Below are positions 11,701-22,031 of a DNA stretch of 64,000 bases, piece by piece. A model generated the notes under the pieces. The model did not search any database. It had not been told where the DNA came from and worked only from the letters and a program-made list of their open reading frames with translations. The position numbers and the translations under genes were made by a program. Position 1 is the first letter of the stretch. Each line of letters opens with the position of its first letter. Where the stretch lies: IMG/VR virus record IMGVR_UViG_3300045988_112739. One strand, written 5' to 3'. Source of the DNA: a virus.

Positions 11701-13409
11701 GAAGTAATTTCTGTATACTGGTCTAAAACTTCCCTTACAGTTTGACCCGCATAATCTCCCTCTGTAAACGTTTTAGACAACGAGTCTATCGCTATATTTT
11801 TTGCATTGTCAAGTATTTGTTTGTTTTGCTGATATTCAGTATCTTTTTCTATTGCTTTGATTTCTTGTGAAAGCACGTCTCTAAAACTTTGATAGGCTTC
11901 TTGGTTTTCTTTCGTAATTTCTCCACTAGAAATTTTCTCGTCAATAATTGTTAATAATTGTTTCATATTTTCAACAGTTTGAAAATATGATTCTGACCCA
12001 AACATAAGAGCCTCGTTTGCCAAATAGACCTTGCCACCAAATCCGCTAATTTCTGATTGTAAATCATTTATTACATCAAAATATTTTCTGGCAGCACCAC
12101 TGTCTCCAATTTGTGTGACTGCTCCGTGAAGCTTACCAGTGGTAATGTCTCCGTAATTCCAAAAGCCGATGCTCTTTTCGTAGTCAAAAGCCGTTGCTAC
12201 TTCATCGGAAATATCAGTCCACGTTTCACTCGCACGTTGCTGTGAAATTTGTTTAAGTGTAGCCAAAGTTGTTTCAAGTTTGCCATTTACTACATCAATT
12301 CCGTCTGCTTCTGAACCGTAAGTCTCAACTATTTGGTCTCTACTAGTTAATAATTCTTCTGCCTTTTCGTTTTTAAGAGACGTATCAGATATAGAATCAT
12401 ATTCTTTTTTGAGGTTTTTATATTTTTCTATAAGCTCATCTATAGAAGAAGATGTATCATTATAGGTGTTTATGGTTTCAATCGCGTTATCACGAGCCTG
12501 TTCTGCGGCTTGACGAGCACTCATAATGGCTGTCGCTATGCCTGAAATTGCAATAGATACAATTCCCAAAACTAAATTCAACGTTGACATAGCCGTTGTC
12601 AATCCTTGTGTCGTAAATTGCATTGTCTTTTGTTTTGCTATTGCCCCAGCTAAACTTATAGTTTCCTGCTGGTTGAGTTGTATATTATTTTTTTTTGCCA
12701 TTGCAAAAAGTATTGCCGCTATTTTACCTTGCTTTTGACTTTCTGTTAAACTGTTGTTTGATATTATAGCCTGCATATTAGCAGCAGTTTGCGCATCTGT
12801 GTTTAACAACAGTTGTGCTTGTGCAGTTGTCAACCCCATATCAACTAATTTTTGAGCTTTCTTTTCTGCATTTAAAGCCTTGCTGCTTACAATAACTGCA
12901 ATCTGTTGTTTTTCGTACGCACTTAATGTTTCCCCGTTTTTAGAGATTATTGTATCTAATGTAGCCCAGCTACTTTTTAATCCTGTAATTGTTTGTCTTA
13001 AATTTTTTGTAGGAAGGACTACGTTGTTTAACAAACCTTTAAATCCTTTGCTTAAACTAGATACTAACGCAGGTATTCCTTTAAGAGCCTTAAAAGCAAG
13101 AAAAAACCCTAAAACATTTTGCAATACAGGTGCTTTTGCTGATAAAGCATCTAATACACTAAGCATTCCACTCAATAATGAAACTCCAATTTTAATAGTT
13201 CCACTTTGGTTAAGACCCTGTATAAATTGTTCCCATTGTACAGTTAATTCGTTTATTTTAGCTTCAAGGCTACTCATATAGTGAGTATACTTCTGAGCAG
13301 ATGTACCAGAAGCTTCCATTGTTTTGTTTGTATATTCAAGAACTTTGTCGTAGTTCTGCATTACTGCAATAAAGGTATTTCTTTGATGTACCAATTCTGT
13401 TACTTTCAC
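8712..13409 (-). CDS. tape measure protein, exon 3 (1565 codons)
   Basis: Long coiled-coil/TM-segment ORF; in frame with exon 2 after removal of 13410-13681 (…AIAG|VKVTELVHQRNTF…). The track start at 13409 is the first exon codon (GTG), not an initiation codon. Confidence 0.85.
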   Translation of the reverse strand: MKVTELVHQRNTFIAVMQNYDKVLEYTNKTMEASGTSAQKYTHYMSSLEAKINELTVQWEQFIQGLNQSGTIKIGVSLLSGMLSVLDALSAKAPVLQNVLGFFLAFKALKGIPALVSSLSKGFKGLLNNVVLPTKNLRQTITGLKSSWATLDTIISKNGETLSAYEKQQIAVIVSSKALNAEKKAQKLVDMGLTTAQAQLLLNTDAQTAANMQAIISNNSLTESQKQGKIAAILFAMAKKNNIQLNQQETISLAGAIAKQKTMQFTTQGLTTAMSTLNLVLGIVSIAISGIATAIMSARQAAEQARDNAIETINTYNDTSSSIDELIEKYKNLKKEYDSISDTSLKNEKAEELLTSRDQIVETYGSEADGIDVVNGKLETTLATLKQISQQRASETWTDISDEVATAFDYEKSIGFWNYGDITTGKLHGAVTQIGDSGAARKYFDVINDLQSEISGFGGKVYLANEALMFGSESYFQTVENMKQLLTIIDEKISSGEITKENQEAYQSFRDVLSQEIKAIEKDTEYQQNKQILDNAKNIAIDSLSKTFTEGDYAGQTVREVLDQYTEITSQMNTLAGSGEVDEKAYNDLKTVADNLLQTLSTATGLTSNERIAELVGRSITEAGQEFEKSQQKAQANILIDKAVESSGLSEKIKGMFATDIKQTQDKEITDLLGGIRESLKDKNDIDMSISEIVDSLELLGYTYQKTETITATDLIAGFPTDAKQITNAVDNIEKLNNAIKALSEGTTPDIEELFELKTAGVDITNLTQGGLDNIAKIEAVRNDYVQSMLDTLDEQLNINNATMVKQKDITDEQRLEITNQNKLLELEKQIVSNAVDGVKTTANEYVTAIKSAGELIAEVAGYGDSTISEDILSSMVDQYSGMASIVEKYRLGMIDNDELLKAFKQFYNNDIDNFYDYQQKKYMKTDEYYSSWLNENSSFVEEFKNKYGIDLKNYTNYIDAKSAIENKYSKTRADAEKYQLAELFDEDNNLKPELRGAMSNAPSWYIEILKECQEYLKDYPKIIEEFANKFDQGSSTASVNLDEELDSRLDVVTSRMKDAYSLMHELGQESSQITLDTLDSMKSAYPAITEYIDRYLRKEMTRQELISKFKELYEQDKTNYKNAQIEKLSYSSDFYKNAILGNKELVDKFNKQYHIDLKNFATVTAAKEEILNNFNKLTEAQALTGKLTISDFIDLNTLDTTAWYETIAKNPSLIIGGQQVVDSISAIKDLLEATGEVAEDTADGIVDTIEKSVYSVEDALSDISTVLSKQVEYYEDIANGIVAAAQLEIDALDKEIDLLDKKNEAQQRQIALQEKLEALNKAKTQRSVREYNAETGQFEWTTNKKDIKKAQQEYDQQLEENRKQDLEDSKEWLEKYGESFSNIPETIQNQRDVKSALSWLAQYRGVNASTLSAKDLLNLSDKEQQAFRSRYGKAVDINLGFEDAQSQKELNKAKANLISGGYATNGKSGFAFDWKSIMTALGTSVTTLATSLDKYAEILKPTSFAETKPTTNMITNVTNTGEVKNNYTFTGDMEFKFDKNIDAESFWSEIVTKIQNKNGITTVQ

Positions 13410-13681
13410 CTAAAAGGTTACTGACTATGTATTAAACATAGCGGTCGAAGTTCTTCCAAAAGTGTCTTTACACTTGACCTCAACTCTATATATTTCTATA
13501 TAGTTCAGACTGTATTTTCATCTTTACAGATGTTATCCTCTGCGGTCGTTACGATGAGATTATAAATAATCTTTATCTCGGTATTGTCTACAGCATTATC
13601 TGTTTAGAGTTTCACCGATATAGGATAATTCTGATATCTAAAAGATATCCATATATTTCTATATGTTCGGGCATACATTTT
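13410..13681 (-). ncRNA. probable group I intron (compact, divergent core) in tape measure gene
   Basis: P1: exon CGGGU| pairs with GCCCG 10 nt into the insert (U.G at cleavage site); insert ends CCTTTTAG; all frames closed; hairpins CATATAGAAATATATG and CTATATAGAAATATATAG, TAGACAAT and ACATAGTC elements; excision restores one ORF. Confidence 0.6.
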
Positions 13682-14243
13682 ACCCGCTATTGCAGTCGCA
13701 ATTTGTGCCTGTTCTACGGTATCAAATTCATTCCATCTACGCCCAACATCATCTAGAACATCTTCAAGATTTCTAAATTCTGTTGCACTATTTCTAAGAG
13801 TAATATTATAACGTTTAAGAACCTTTTCGGAATCGTTAATAGCTTCTCCCTCGTCATCAATACTCTTACCAGCTTTTACATTCTGCAAACGAGAGAACAT
13901 TGACTTAAATGCCTGACCTACTGTTTCTGCTGACAATCTAGTGGTTTCACTTGCTGTAGTGAGCATACCCACCATTTTATCAAAGCTAACGCCAGCAGCA
14001 CTAGCAAATGAAGCAGAATACTGGAATGCAGTAGCAAGTTCTTCTGTACTTGTTGCCGCAATAAGGTCGGCATTAACAAGTTTATCTACTACTTCTGCCG
14101 CATCGTCTGCTTCTAATTTATATGAGTTTAAAATTGCAGTTAATTTTTCTGTAGCTTCGCTTGATTCCATTGCACCAAGCGTTGCCATCATAGTAGATGC
14201 TTTAAGTAATTTAGCAGTTTCCTCTGCTGTCTTACCCTGTCTC
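13682..14243 (-). CDS. tape measure protein, exon 2 (core of TP901-type tape-measure domain)
   Basis: RQGKTAEETAKLLKASTMMATLGAMESSEATEKLTAILNSY…AFQYSASFASAAGVSF…; track ORF 13604..14191 has an artificial start and a read-through tail (KMYARTYRN…). Confidence 0.85.
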
Positions 14244-14583
14244 CTGTTATATTAACTAGAGTTCGTCACACTCTAATCTTATAGTTTCCTATAAGCATAG
14301 ACTATATCTTCAATCTAAAAAAGATTGTCCCCCACTTCGATTTAAGGGGTTCTCACCCACGCCATATGACGATTGCGCCCTACTTCTATTGTCCACAAGG
14401 ACTTACGAATAGTCGTTGAACCTTTCTCCTAATAGGAGACTTGGTTGCGGATTGTCCAATATTGATACTTTTTACTATACCTTAATAATTAGTTAAGCCA
14501 TTATAATATTGCTATTATAATTTAGTATATCAATCTCTAAGGAGTTTCCCGCAGTTAAAGGGATTTATAATGACCTAATTAAA
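14244..14583 (-). ncRNA. group I self-splicing intron (IA2-like core) in tape measure gene
   Basis: Minus strand: TTAACTGCGGGAAACTCCTTAGAG, GGACAATCCGC, CAACGACTAT (P7) and GAAGATATAGTC (J8/7-P7', as in Tetrahymena AAGAUAUAGUC). P1 is GGCU|U with AGGUC; ends AATATAACAG. Splice gives …GSVEWL|RQGKTAEE…. Confidence 0.9.
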
Positions 14584-17390
14584 AGCCATTCAACAGACCC
14601 AGAACTCACAATTTCTGTTGTAGTTCCAAGTTCTTTTGCAAGTTCAGAATAACTAGCTAAAGTTTTCCTAACACTAGTATCAGTCTGATTAGTTACCATT
14701 TGTACTTCTGTCATGGTCTTATCGAATTCTTTAGTTTTTTCGATAACGTTTGACAAGCCTTGTCTCATTTCCATGAACAGTCTATTAAATATATTAAAAC
14801 TAAAAGCAACAGCCGCAGTACGTTGGAAACTTGCTTTTAATCTTTCTAACAGTGTCAGTTGCTTACTATTACTCTGATTACTACGAGTTACATTATCTGC
14901 CATTTTAGCATTGGCTTCCGCTACCATATTTGTATAAGTTGAAGTTTTAGCTAATGCATCATTGTCTTTAAGTAGTGCATTATACTGCGCTTGTAACCTA
15001 TCAACAACTGCTTGTTGCTGATTTACAGTAGCATCATTATATGCTCTTGCTTTATACTCTTGAAGTGTAGATTGTGCTTTCTTCAAATTAGTATAAGCAG
15101 TAATCATTTTATTAAGGGTTGCCAAATCACTTTCTTGCTTTGCTTTTATAGTATCGTCTTTTATAGTGGCGTTAGCTTCTGCTACTACGGTTCTTAACTT
15201 TTCATATTGTTCTCTTGTAATACCTAAAGTGGCATTGAAACTCTTCAAAGACATTTGTCCACTTGAAAAATCAATTAAATTTCCAAGTCCACTAGTGCCA
15301 ATTATAGCAGACATCTTATCTTGTACATTTTGATAAGCGGCAGTGTATATACCTTTGTCGCCCTTGCCAGCCTTATTAGTAAGTTTGCCTTGTTCTCTGC
15401 GTAATTCTACATATTCTTGCAAAGATTTAGTTGCTTTAGAATAAACTTCGTTTTCTTGCTTTTGACGTTGAATATCTTTTTCTTTACTATTTGCTACTCT
15501 CTGTAATGTCTGATTATATTCAATATAATTGTTTAGTAATTCTCTTACTCTGTTTGTTAATAACTGAGTGTTTTCAGCACTTCTTAATTCTGTATTATAT
15601 TCAGATAGTTTGGCTTGTGCGATTTTTTGATACTCTGTGGCTTCTTCTATATTTCCTTTTTGCATAGCAGAACGAGATTTTTGCCAAGCCTGATACCTTT
15701 CATTTTCTAATCTTGTTAATTTTGTCACTAAGTTTTGCTGTTGTACGTTTGTATCGCTAGACGTAATTCTATTATATGTATCTGTTGGTATGCGACCATT
15801 ATAAGATTCTATCTGAGTATTTACTTGATTAAGCCTGTTCTGTGTAGTTACAAATTTTTGACTACCCGTTGTCTGTCCAGAAAGTCTACTTTCTAATTTA
15901 GCCCTTTCTGATACTAAATTTGTAAGCTCCTGCTCTAATTGAATTTGTTCTCTTATAACGTTATCTTCGTTTGCTCTTGTTTGAATAGCCCGTTGAATGT
16001 TTTGATTACGTTCCTGTAATTGCCGATTAAGAAAAGAAATACTTTCTGGGTCTTCGGCGTTCCCGTAACCGCTAAAAATAGGGTCTCTACCGCCAGCCAC
16101 CCTACCAGCATTTAATGCGCTTTTCTGAATATTGTTTATTTCAAGCTGATATCTTATTTTGTTTTGTAAAAGATTATCTTCGTTGGCTTCTGCCTCGTAT
16201 AATTTTAATTTCAAATCATACTCTTCTGTGAGTAGTGTTTTATATCTTTCTACCTGGCTGACCTCATCCACATACGTTCTGCTCAAACTAGATGTCCCAC
16301 CACGGCTTAACATCATATCATTAAGTGCTTTAGGGTTTACATTTTGTGGCGTTTTCCCAAATTTATTTGTAATTGTCTGTATATCCTCAGGAGATAAAGT
16401 TATATTTGCACTTTCTCGTCCGCTTATTCTTAATCTAGCGTTTGCTTTTACTAAATTGCCTGTATCGTCAAATACGCCAGTAATCTGCCTAAACAAATTG
16501 CTATAGTTTTTTTTAAATTCGTCAAACCTTTTTCTTGCGTTGATAATTGCGGCATCCGCTTTTTGAGACGCATCTGCTGATATTTTTAATCCCTCTGCTG
16601 TATTTCTATTAAATTCAGACAATTTGGCTCTAGGGTCTTTACTTGCTATAGAGGAATTGTCACTTTCCCCATTATTGCCGCCGCCAGACGGTGAATTTGT
16701 AGATGGATTGCCAGCGTTTTGAGCCGCACCACTTAAAGCATTAGCCGCGTTGCTAACCGCTTGTGCCGCAGTATTTAATGTGGTAGAAGCCCCACTTATA
16801 CTTTGGGAAGTGTTTCCTAAATTAGCATTAGCTGTACCTAAAGCAGAAGCACTATTACCTATATTAGTAGCACTAGTATTTAAACTAGAAGAAGCAGAAT
16901 TAAGGTTCTGAACAGTGGTGTTAAGATTATCAACAGTCTGCATTAATGTTTTATTTAGAGCGTCTGCGTTGGTTGATGTACTCTTCTTATCAGCAGGAGT
17001 TGTTTTTGTCTTTTGAGCTGTAATTACTTTTTCCACTTCTTTAGTAATTGTGGCTAGGTCAGAAGACTTATATCCTGTGCCGCCTATCGTAGCTCTTCCA
17101 GCTTTTGTGTTATAAGTAAACTTTAGACTTTGGTCTGTAATCTGCCTATTGATATCCGTAACGAATTCTGCAAAGTTCTGATAGTCTTTCTTAGATTGTT
17201 CAATCGCCTTTTGTATTGGTTCTCTAAACAGACTTTCTCCTATATTTTTAGTTCCAGAATATTTATTTAAAGCATCAAAAAGCTTCATAATATCATTAGG
17301 AAACTTTGATACTAAATTCTGAAATTGCTGTTCAAATGTACTTGTATCTAATCCTAATTGAACCTTGGCAATTTCTATTTTTTCTGCCAT
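14584..17390 (-). CDS. tape measure protein, exon 1
   Basis: 935 codons of coiled coil plus Ser/Asn/Ala-rich repeats ending …ELAKELGTTTEIVSSGSVEWL, the start of the conserved tape-measure domain. Track tail LIRSL is intron read-through. Confidence 0.8.
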
Positions 17391-17406
17391 ATACTATCTC
17401 ACCACC

Positions 17407-18150
17407 TTATTTCTTCATATCTTTAGCAAAAGCATTAATTTGTGTTTCAGCAATTTGCCATACTTCTTTTCTAACCTTATTTAACTCAGTATCAATCCAT
17501 TTTTGTACTCTCTTAGTGGCATTGGTTGGGTGAATTATCCTGTTCTTAGGGAATTTACCCAAATTACGCCAGCTTTCTCCACCTGTTTCAATGAAGTCTA
17601 TATATGCGCTAAAATCCAAACCCTTATTGATTTTTTGAGTTTGACCGAATAGAGAAGCACTATAATCTACAAACTTTCTGGTATTTCCAGACTGTTTACT
17701 TTCATACATTTTGCTCTCTGTGGCTCTTGCTCTCTTCCCCGATTTTCCTGCAAGCCACCCGGCATGCTCTCCCCATGTTTGTCCAAAACCGGAAAGCTGG
17801 CGATAAGAAGCATTACCATACTCACCATGGTCGCTTGCGCTTATGTCATCTTTGTAGTATACAGTCACAGAATTTTCTCCAACATCATAGCTATAACCTG
17901 TTAAATGAAGTATATCCCCGTGCCCTCTGCTTTGTGCTCTTCTATATTTTTTTGATATACCATTTTTTCTATACCACTCTTTGTTTATTGTATTAGTTTT
18001 GTGTTGAATATCTTTACCAAGTTTATTCAAAAGAATATCGAGGTCATCTTGCGATTTCTTATTTATAACCCTCATACGTCTTTCGACATCTGTGAAAGTA
18101 TATCTATAACGTTTTTCATCAAGTCCCCATGTAATGAATCCGTTTGCCAT
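17407..18150 (-). CDS. hypothetical protein (position of tail assembly chaperone)
   Basis: 247-aa ORF directly upstream of tape measure. Confidence 0.5.
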   Translation of the reverse strand: MANGFITWGLDEKRYRYTFTDVERRMRVINKKSQDDLDILLNKLGKDIQHKTNTINKEWYRKNGISKKYRRAQSRGHGDILHLTGYSYDVGENSVTVYYKDDISASDHGEYGNASYRQLSGFGQTWGEHAGWLAGKSGKRARATESKMYESKQSGNTRKFVDYSASLFGQTQKINKGLDFSAYIDFIETGGESWRNLGKFPKNRIIHPTNATKRVQKWIDTELNKVRKEVWQIAETQINAFAKDMKK

Positions 18151-18154
18151 AAAA

Positions 18155-18778
18155 TCACTCCTGATTTCTATTCATTACCTCATTAGCAGTTTCCTTTTGA
18201 AGATTATTTACAAGCGTATTTAATGTCGGACTGGTTAATAACTGAACTGCATTCAATTTATCCAACACATCTTTATCTAATCCGTTATTAATAATATCAG
18301 CAATTTTTTCAATGTTCTGTAAATTACCATTGGAACAGAATATATCATGTAATTCATTTAATATCCAAACGGTTTCAATTCCACAAATTCTACGAGAAAG
18401 CTTTTTGAATTCATCAACATCGTTTTTACACTGGTCTACTATCATATCATAGAAGCCGCTCGACATTACTAAATCATAATTTTCTGCACTACGTTCCTCG
18501 TTGGCTGAAATAATTCCTGCATACGCATTTAATATAACAAACATACTTTCTACATCATAAGTAATATAGTACGCTTGAACATCTTCATTAGTACTTCTAT
18601 CTGCATCACTTATCAGTTCTGTTAATCTTTTGTTAAACACATTAATCTGTGCATACTTCTGAATAATAGGAAGATAGAATTTAACATCTAATCCTTTGAC
18701 GAGTTCTATGAGTTTGTCAATTCCTACTTCTCCCTTAACATACTGTTCTAATATTAATTTAATATCCCTAAAAAGCAT
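18155..18778 (-). CDS. hypothetical protein (position of tail assembly chaperone)
   Basis: 207-aa acidic ORF upstream of tape measure. Confidence 0.5.
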   Translation of the reverse strand: MLFRDIKLILEQYVKGEVGIDKLIELVKGLDVKFYLPIIQKYAQINVFNKRLTELISDADRSTNEDVQAYYITYDVESMFVILNAYAGIISANEERSAENYDLVMSSGFYDMIVDQCKNDVDEFKKLSRRICGIETVWILNELHDIFCSNGNLQNIEKIADIINNGLDKDVLDKLNAVQLLTSPTLNTLVNNLQKETANEVMNRNQE

Positions 18779-18793
18779 ATTAATTCCCTTTCA

Positions 18794-19831
18794 TTACAAA
18801 TCGCCAAGTTGACTTTGCTTAACTTCTTTAATTCCGTTTTCATCAAAATAATCAGCAAAACTATCCATAGCTTCGTTATCATCGTAAATCGAAATCATCG
18901 CACCGCCACTAGCTTTATTCCAACCTATAAGTTCAATTATTACAGGGTCAGGCAGTTTTTTAGCCCTTAACTGAGAAATTAAGAAGTGTCTAAGGCTATG
19001 GAAATAGAAATCGCAACCCAGTACACTCTCAATTGTTCTAGCCCAGACACTAGCAGTGCTAATTTGTGCCTGACGATAACCCTCTGGGGTTCTGGAAACA
19101 AACAGCCACTCGCTATCTATGCCTAACCGCTTACGCTCTTCCATCCATAAATCATAATATCTCTTAAACTGTTGTATAAAAACATATTTGTACAATAGTT
19201 TGCCACGACTACCTCTACCCTTAGTGGTTATTTTCTCTGGCGTTTTATATAGACAACCAAAAACAATATTGTCATCTGTGAACCAATTAGCCTTAAACCT
19301 TAATAACTCTGCTTTTCTAGCGCCACTAGCACAAGCCAAAGCCATAAAGCAAGCAGCTTGATATTTGCCAAGCTCAACTAATTTTTCAAGACAAGTATCT
19401 ACTTGCTCTTGTGTTAATACGGTCTTTTCTCTTACTGGTTCAATAGCCACCGTTTCTATCTTCTTGACATTATTACGATATCCCTCGTAATCTTCGTCTA
19501 ATATATTTTCTATGAAATTACTAAACGAACTTATAATTGCTCTGACTGTTTTTAACCTATTAGGAGAGGCATCAAGCTCGTTTGTCATATAACTAAAGAA
19601 GCGAACAAACTCTCTCTTCTTAATATCTACAAACACTTTGTTTGCATTGTGTTCTACGTTCCAACAGAAAAACAATTTAAGCACCGCTGTATACTGATAA
19701 ACAGTTTGTGCAGATTTATCAGTACTTATCTTATACTCCCTAAACTCATTCAGCAAATCTTTGTTTTCTTGGTCTACTTGCGCCCAAAGTTCTTCTGAAA
19801 AAGTGGAAGTTCTTTTTGTAGTTCTACTCAT
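18794..19831 (-). CDS. tyrosine recombinase / integrase
   Basis: C-terminal catalytic motifs ACASGARKAELLR, HSLRHFLISQL, GGAMISIYDD (Arg-His-Arg-Tyr pattern). Confidence 0.75.
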   Translation of the reverse strand: MSRTTKRTSTFSEELWAQVDQENKDLLNEFREYKISTDKSAQTVYQYTAVLKLFFCWNVEHNANKVFVDIKKREFVRFFSYMTNELDASPNRLKTVRAIISSFSNFIENILDEDYEGYRNNVKKIETVAIEPVREKTVLTQEQVDTCLEKLVELGKYQAACFMALACASGARKAELLRFKANWFTDDNIVFGCLYKTPEKITTKGRGSRGKLLYKYVFIQQFKRYYDLWMEERKRLGIDSEWLFVSRTPEGYRQAQISTASVWARTIESVLGCDFYFHSLRHFLISQLRAKKLPDPVIIELIGWNKASGGAMISIYDDNEAMDSFADYFDENGIKEVKQSQLGDL

Positions 19832-19838
19832 TCAAAAA

Positions 19839-20354
19839 TCATTCCCTTTCACTCAGTGCCCATAATAATTTATTGACATCATATTTATAGTTTTTAATCT
19901 TTTTAGTTTTTTCAATTACAATACCACCATTATCAATTACATCTTTTTCATTGATTGATTTCTTAGTAGTTCTTGATAAAAAAGAATTAAATTTGTCAAT
20001 ACTCATAAACCAAGTTTTACTGTTTCTGAAATCAAATACAAATCCAGCAGTGACTTTGTTGTATTTTTGAGCATCTGTAAGACCATCTATTTGATGTTTT
20101 TTAATCATTTTACTAGTATCTTTTTTATCGAATTGTATTGAAAAACTTGTTCCGCTTGTGCTTTTTAATTCAAAGCAGAACAGATTAATTCCATTAAACA
20201 TTAATATATCATATGGATTTCTTAGTGTAAACCTAGTGGCAACACTATCCTGTCCGAATGATGTTGCACTGTCCTTTAGTCGCAAATAAAATATATCACT
20301 CGGAACAGATTTTCTAAAATTACTTTCGAAAATCTTACCTTCGTTCATAATCAC
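19839..20354 (-). CDS. RecU-like Holliday-junction resolvase
   Basis: 171 aa; FCFELKST…KKHQIDGL…AGFVFDF resembles the RecU/PrfA E-x-K nuclease core (recollection). Confidence 0.5.
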   Translation of the reverse strand: MIMNEGKIFESNFRKSVPSDIFYLRLKDSATSFGQDSVATRFTLRNPYDILMFNGINLFCFELKSTSGTSFSIQFDKKDTSKMIKKHQIDGLTDAQKYNKVTAGFVFDFRNSKTWFMSIDKFNSFLSRTTKKSINEKDVIDNGGIVIEKTKKIKNYKYDVNKLLWALSERE

Positions 20355-20788
20355 ATTTCCTTTATTATATCCTGTAACGCCGAAATATTTTTTAATATAT
20401 TAAGGCTTTTTCCGTAGTCAACGTTTTGTGAAGAAATAAGTTTATTATATGACACAGATAACTCTTCTACGTTCTTTTCCAATATTTTCTTAGTACCTCC
20501 AAAGTGAGTTTCGGAAGATAATGATATTGTATCTATCTTACCAAAAATATTTCTTAAAAATAACTCCGCATCATCAATGACATATATGGTCTTATCTTTT
20601 CTATTTTTAACGTCTTCCCACAATGCAAAACTTACATCATTTTTAGATATGCCAAGTTCTAACATTTTATTAACCTTGTTGTAGTATTCTGATTTATCTC
20701 GACAGAGAATTGTGTATCCGTTCTCGTAAGCACATTTAATAATTTCTTCTGTCTTACCAGTACCACGACTTCTATAAATTATATTCAT
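20351..20788 (-). CDS. small P-loop protein
   Basis: MNIIYRSRGTGKTEE… (GxGKT); AAGGAG RBS before ATG 20788. The track N-terminal extension to 20857 lacks an RBS. Confidence 0.5.
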   Translation of the reverse strand: MNIIYRSRGTGKTEEIIKCAYENGYTILCRDKSEYYNKVNKMLELGISKNDVSFALWEDVKNRKDKTIYVIDDAELFLRNIFGKIDTISLSSETHFGGTKKILEKNVEELSVSYNKLISSQNVDYGKSLNILKNISALQDIIKEM

Positions 20789-20989
20789 AATATTCTCCTT
20801 GATGGTTCGGTCATCACCCATATATTTTGGCAGTCTATTTATCTTCATGCAGACCAAACAGACATATCAGGCTCAACTAACTTAATGTTGAGCCACTTTC
20901 ACAGAAATTCAAAATTTTGAACCCTTATAAATAAAGGATTTTGAGCTTGATTTTGTGAATAAAATTTAATTTAATATTTTTTAATAAAA

Positions 20990-21508
20990 TTACTCGATTT
21001 TCTTTTCCACAGTTACTATAGTATCATTATGCCACCCACCATGTGCCACCAATAAAATCTCTACTATCTCAAATCCATATTTCTTACCTATTCCACCAGA
21101 ATTCCAACAACAAGTTACTACATAACCATCTTTCTTCATTACCCTGCCTATTTGCTCCTTTTGTTTCGACCAATAACTTGACTGTGTGGTTTCCATATTA
21201 ACTGTCTGACCCATCTTTTTATAGCACTCTGAAACCTGTCTTGGACTATAAGGAGCGTCAAACAGAACCATATCGCAAGATTTATCATCAAACAACTTAA
21301 AAAACTCCAATGAATCTAAATGATAATCTGTATCATATGCAGTATCTAAGTCATTTGTAATCGTACCTAATTTACTTGAATTTGCAAAAGGGTCTAATAT
21401 AATATGCTTCTCAGGCAACTTAGCTATGTACTTATTTATTATCTCTTCAATAGGCTTAATACTAAAAGTATTACTATTTGGCATACACCACACTCTATTA
21501 ATTTCCAT
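20990..21508 (-). CDS. DNA amino-methyltransferase (N6-adenine or N4-cytosine)
   Basis: DPFANS (AdoMet motif I-like) and LFDAPYSPRQ (DPPY-type motif IV). Confidence 0.6.
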   Translation of the reverse strand: MEINRVWCMPNSNTFSIKPIEEIINKYIAKLPEKHIILDPFANSSKLGTITNDLDTAYDTDYHLDSLEFFKLFDDKSCDMVLFDAPYSPRQVSECYKKMGQTVNMETTQSSYWSKQKEQIGRVMKKDGYVVTCCWNSGGIGKKYGFEIVEILLVAHGGWHNDTIVTVEKKIE

Positions 21509-21620
21509 TTTATTTTTCTCCTTTTCTTAAAATTTTGTAATACTTTACAAAATTTTCACTCTTTTATGAAATAAAATAAAATGCTTATTTTAGTCATCAT
21601 AGCCCTAAAAGAAGACGAAG

Positions 21621-22031
21621 TTACTCGTCAGATGTTTCAGACTCAGCAACTTCGTTCTTTTTGTTAATCTTTTTCGGTTTTTCTACTTTATCATAAAGTC
21701 GTTCAGAAAGATTCTTCATCTCATCTACAGGAACGATAAAGTAATCGAACTCGTCTATTGTACGGGTTTTACCATCTGTACAATCAAATTTTCCAAGTTC
21801 AAGGTCGTAACCAGTAATACTAATAGTAAGACCAGAAGTTAATCCCGCTCTTAATACAGTCATACCGTTTCCTCCTTCCAATTCGATTGGAGAATTTTCT
21901 TCTCTTTTTGCTATCATTTGACGATAGCACTCTCTGGAACAACAAAAGTTCTTCCAAGAGTTTTTCTTAATACAATTACTACAAGCGTAGTACTTTTCTC
22001 CACAATTATTACAAATACGATTATAAGTCAT
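21621..22031 (-). CDS. zinc-ribbon protein, function unknown
   Basis: MTYNRICNNCGEKYYACSNCIKKNSWKNFCCSRECY…; GGTGA RBS before ATG 22031. Confidence 0.5.
   Translation of the reverse strand: MTYNRICNNCGEKYYACSNCIKKNSWKNFCCSRECYRQMIAKREENSPIELEGGNGMTVLRAGLTSGLTISITGYDLELGKFDCTDGKTRTIDEFDYFIVPVDEMKNLSERLYDKVEKPKKINKKNEVAESETSDE

Noticed and set aside
13410-14583. Alternative explanations for the split genes here and at the other nine sites: stop-codon reassignment, programmed frameshifting, inteins or genuine two-subunit proteins.
   Set aside because: The intervening segments are closed in all three frames by all three stop codons, which rules out simple recoding. They are 250-390 nt long, too long for a frameshift site, and they encode no protein, which rules out inteins. 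They carry recognisable group I core strings, with U at the 5' junction and G at the 3' end. The flanking exons rejoin conserved motifs in frame.
20789-20857. N-terminal extensions in the ORF track: 20789-20857, 24519-24677, 26753-26797, 2523-2555, 60680-60757, 61092-61172 and others.
   Set aside because: Internal ATGs with canonical GGAG-type RBS and stop/start coupling to the upstream gene give more parsimonious starts. The extensions overlap neighbouring genes.
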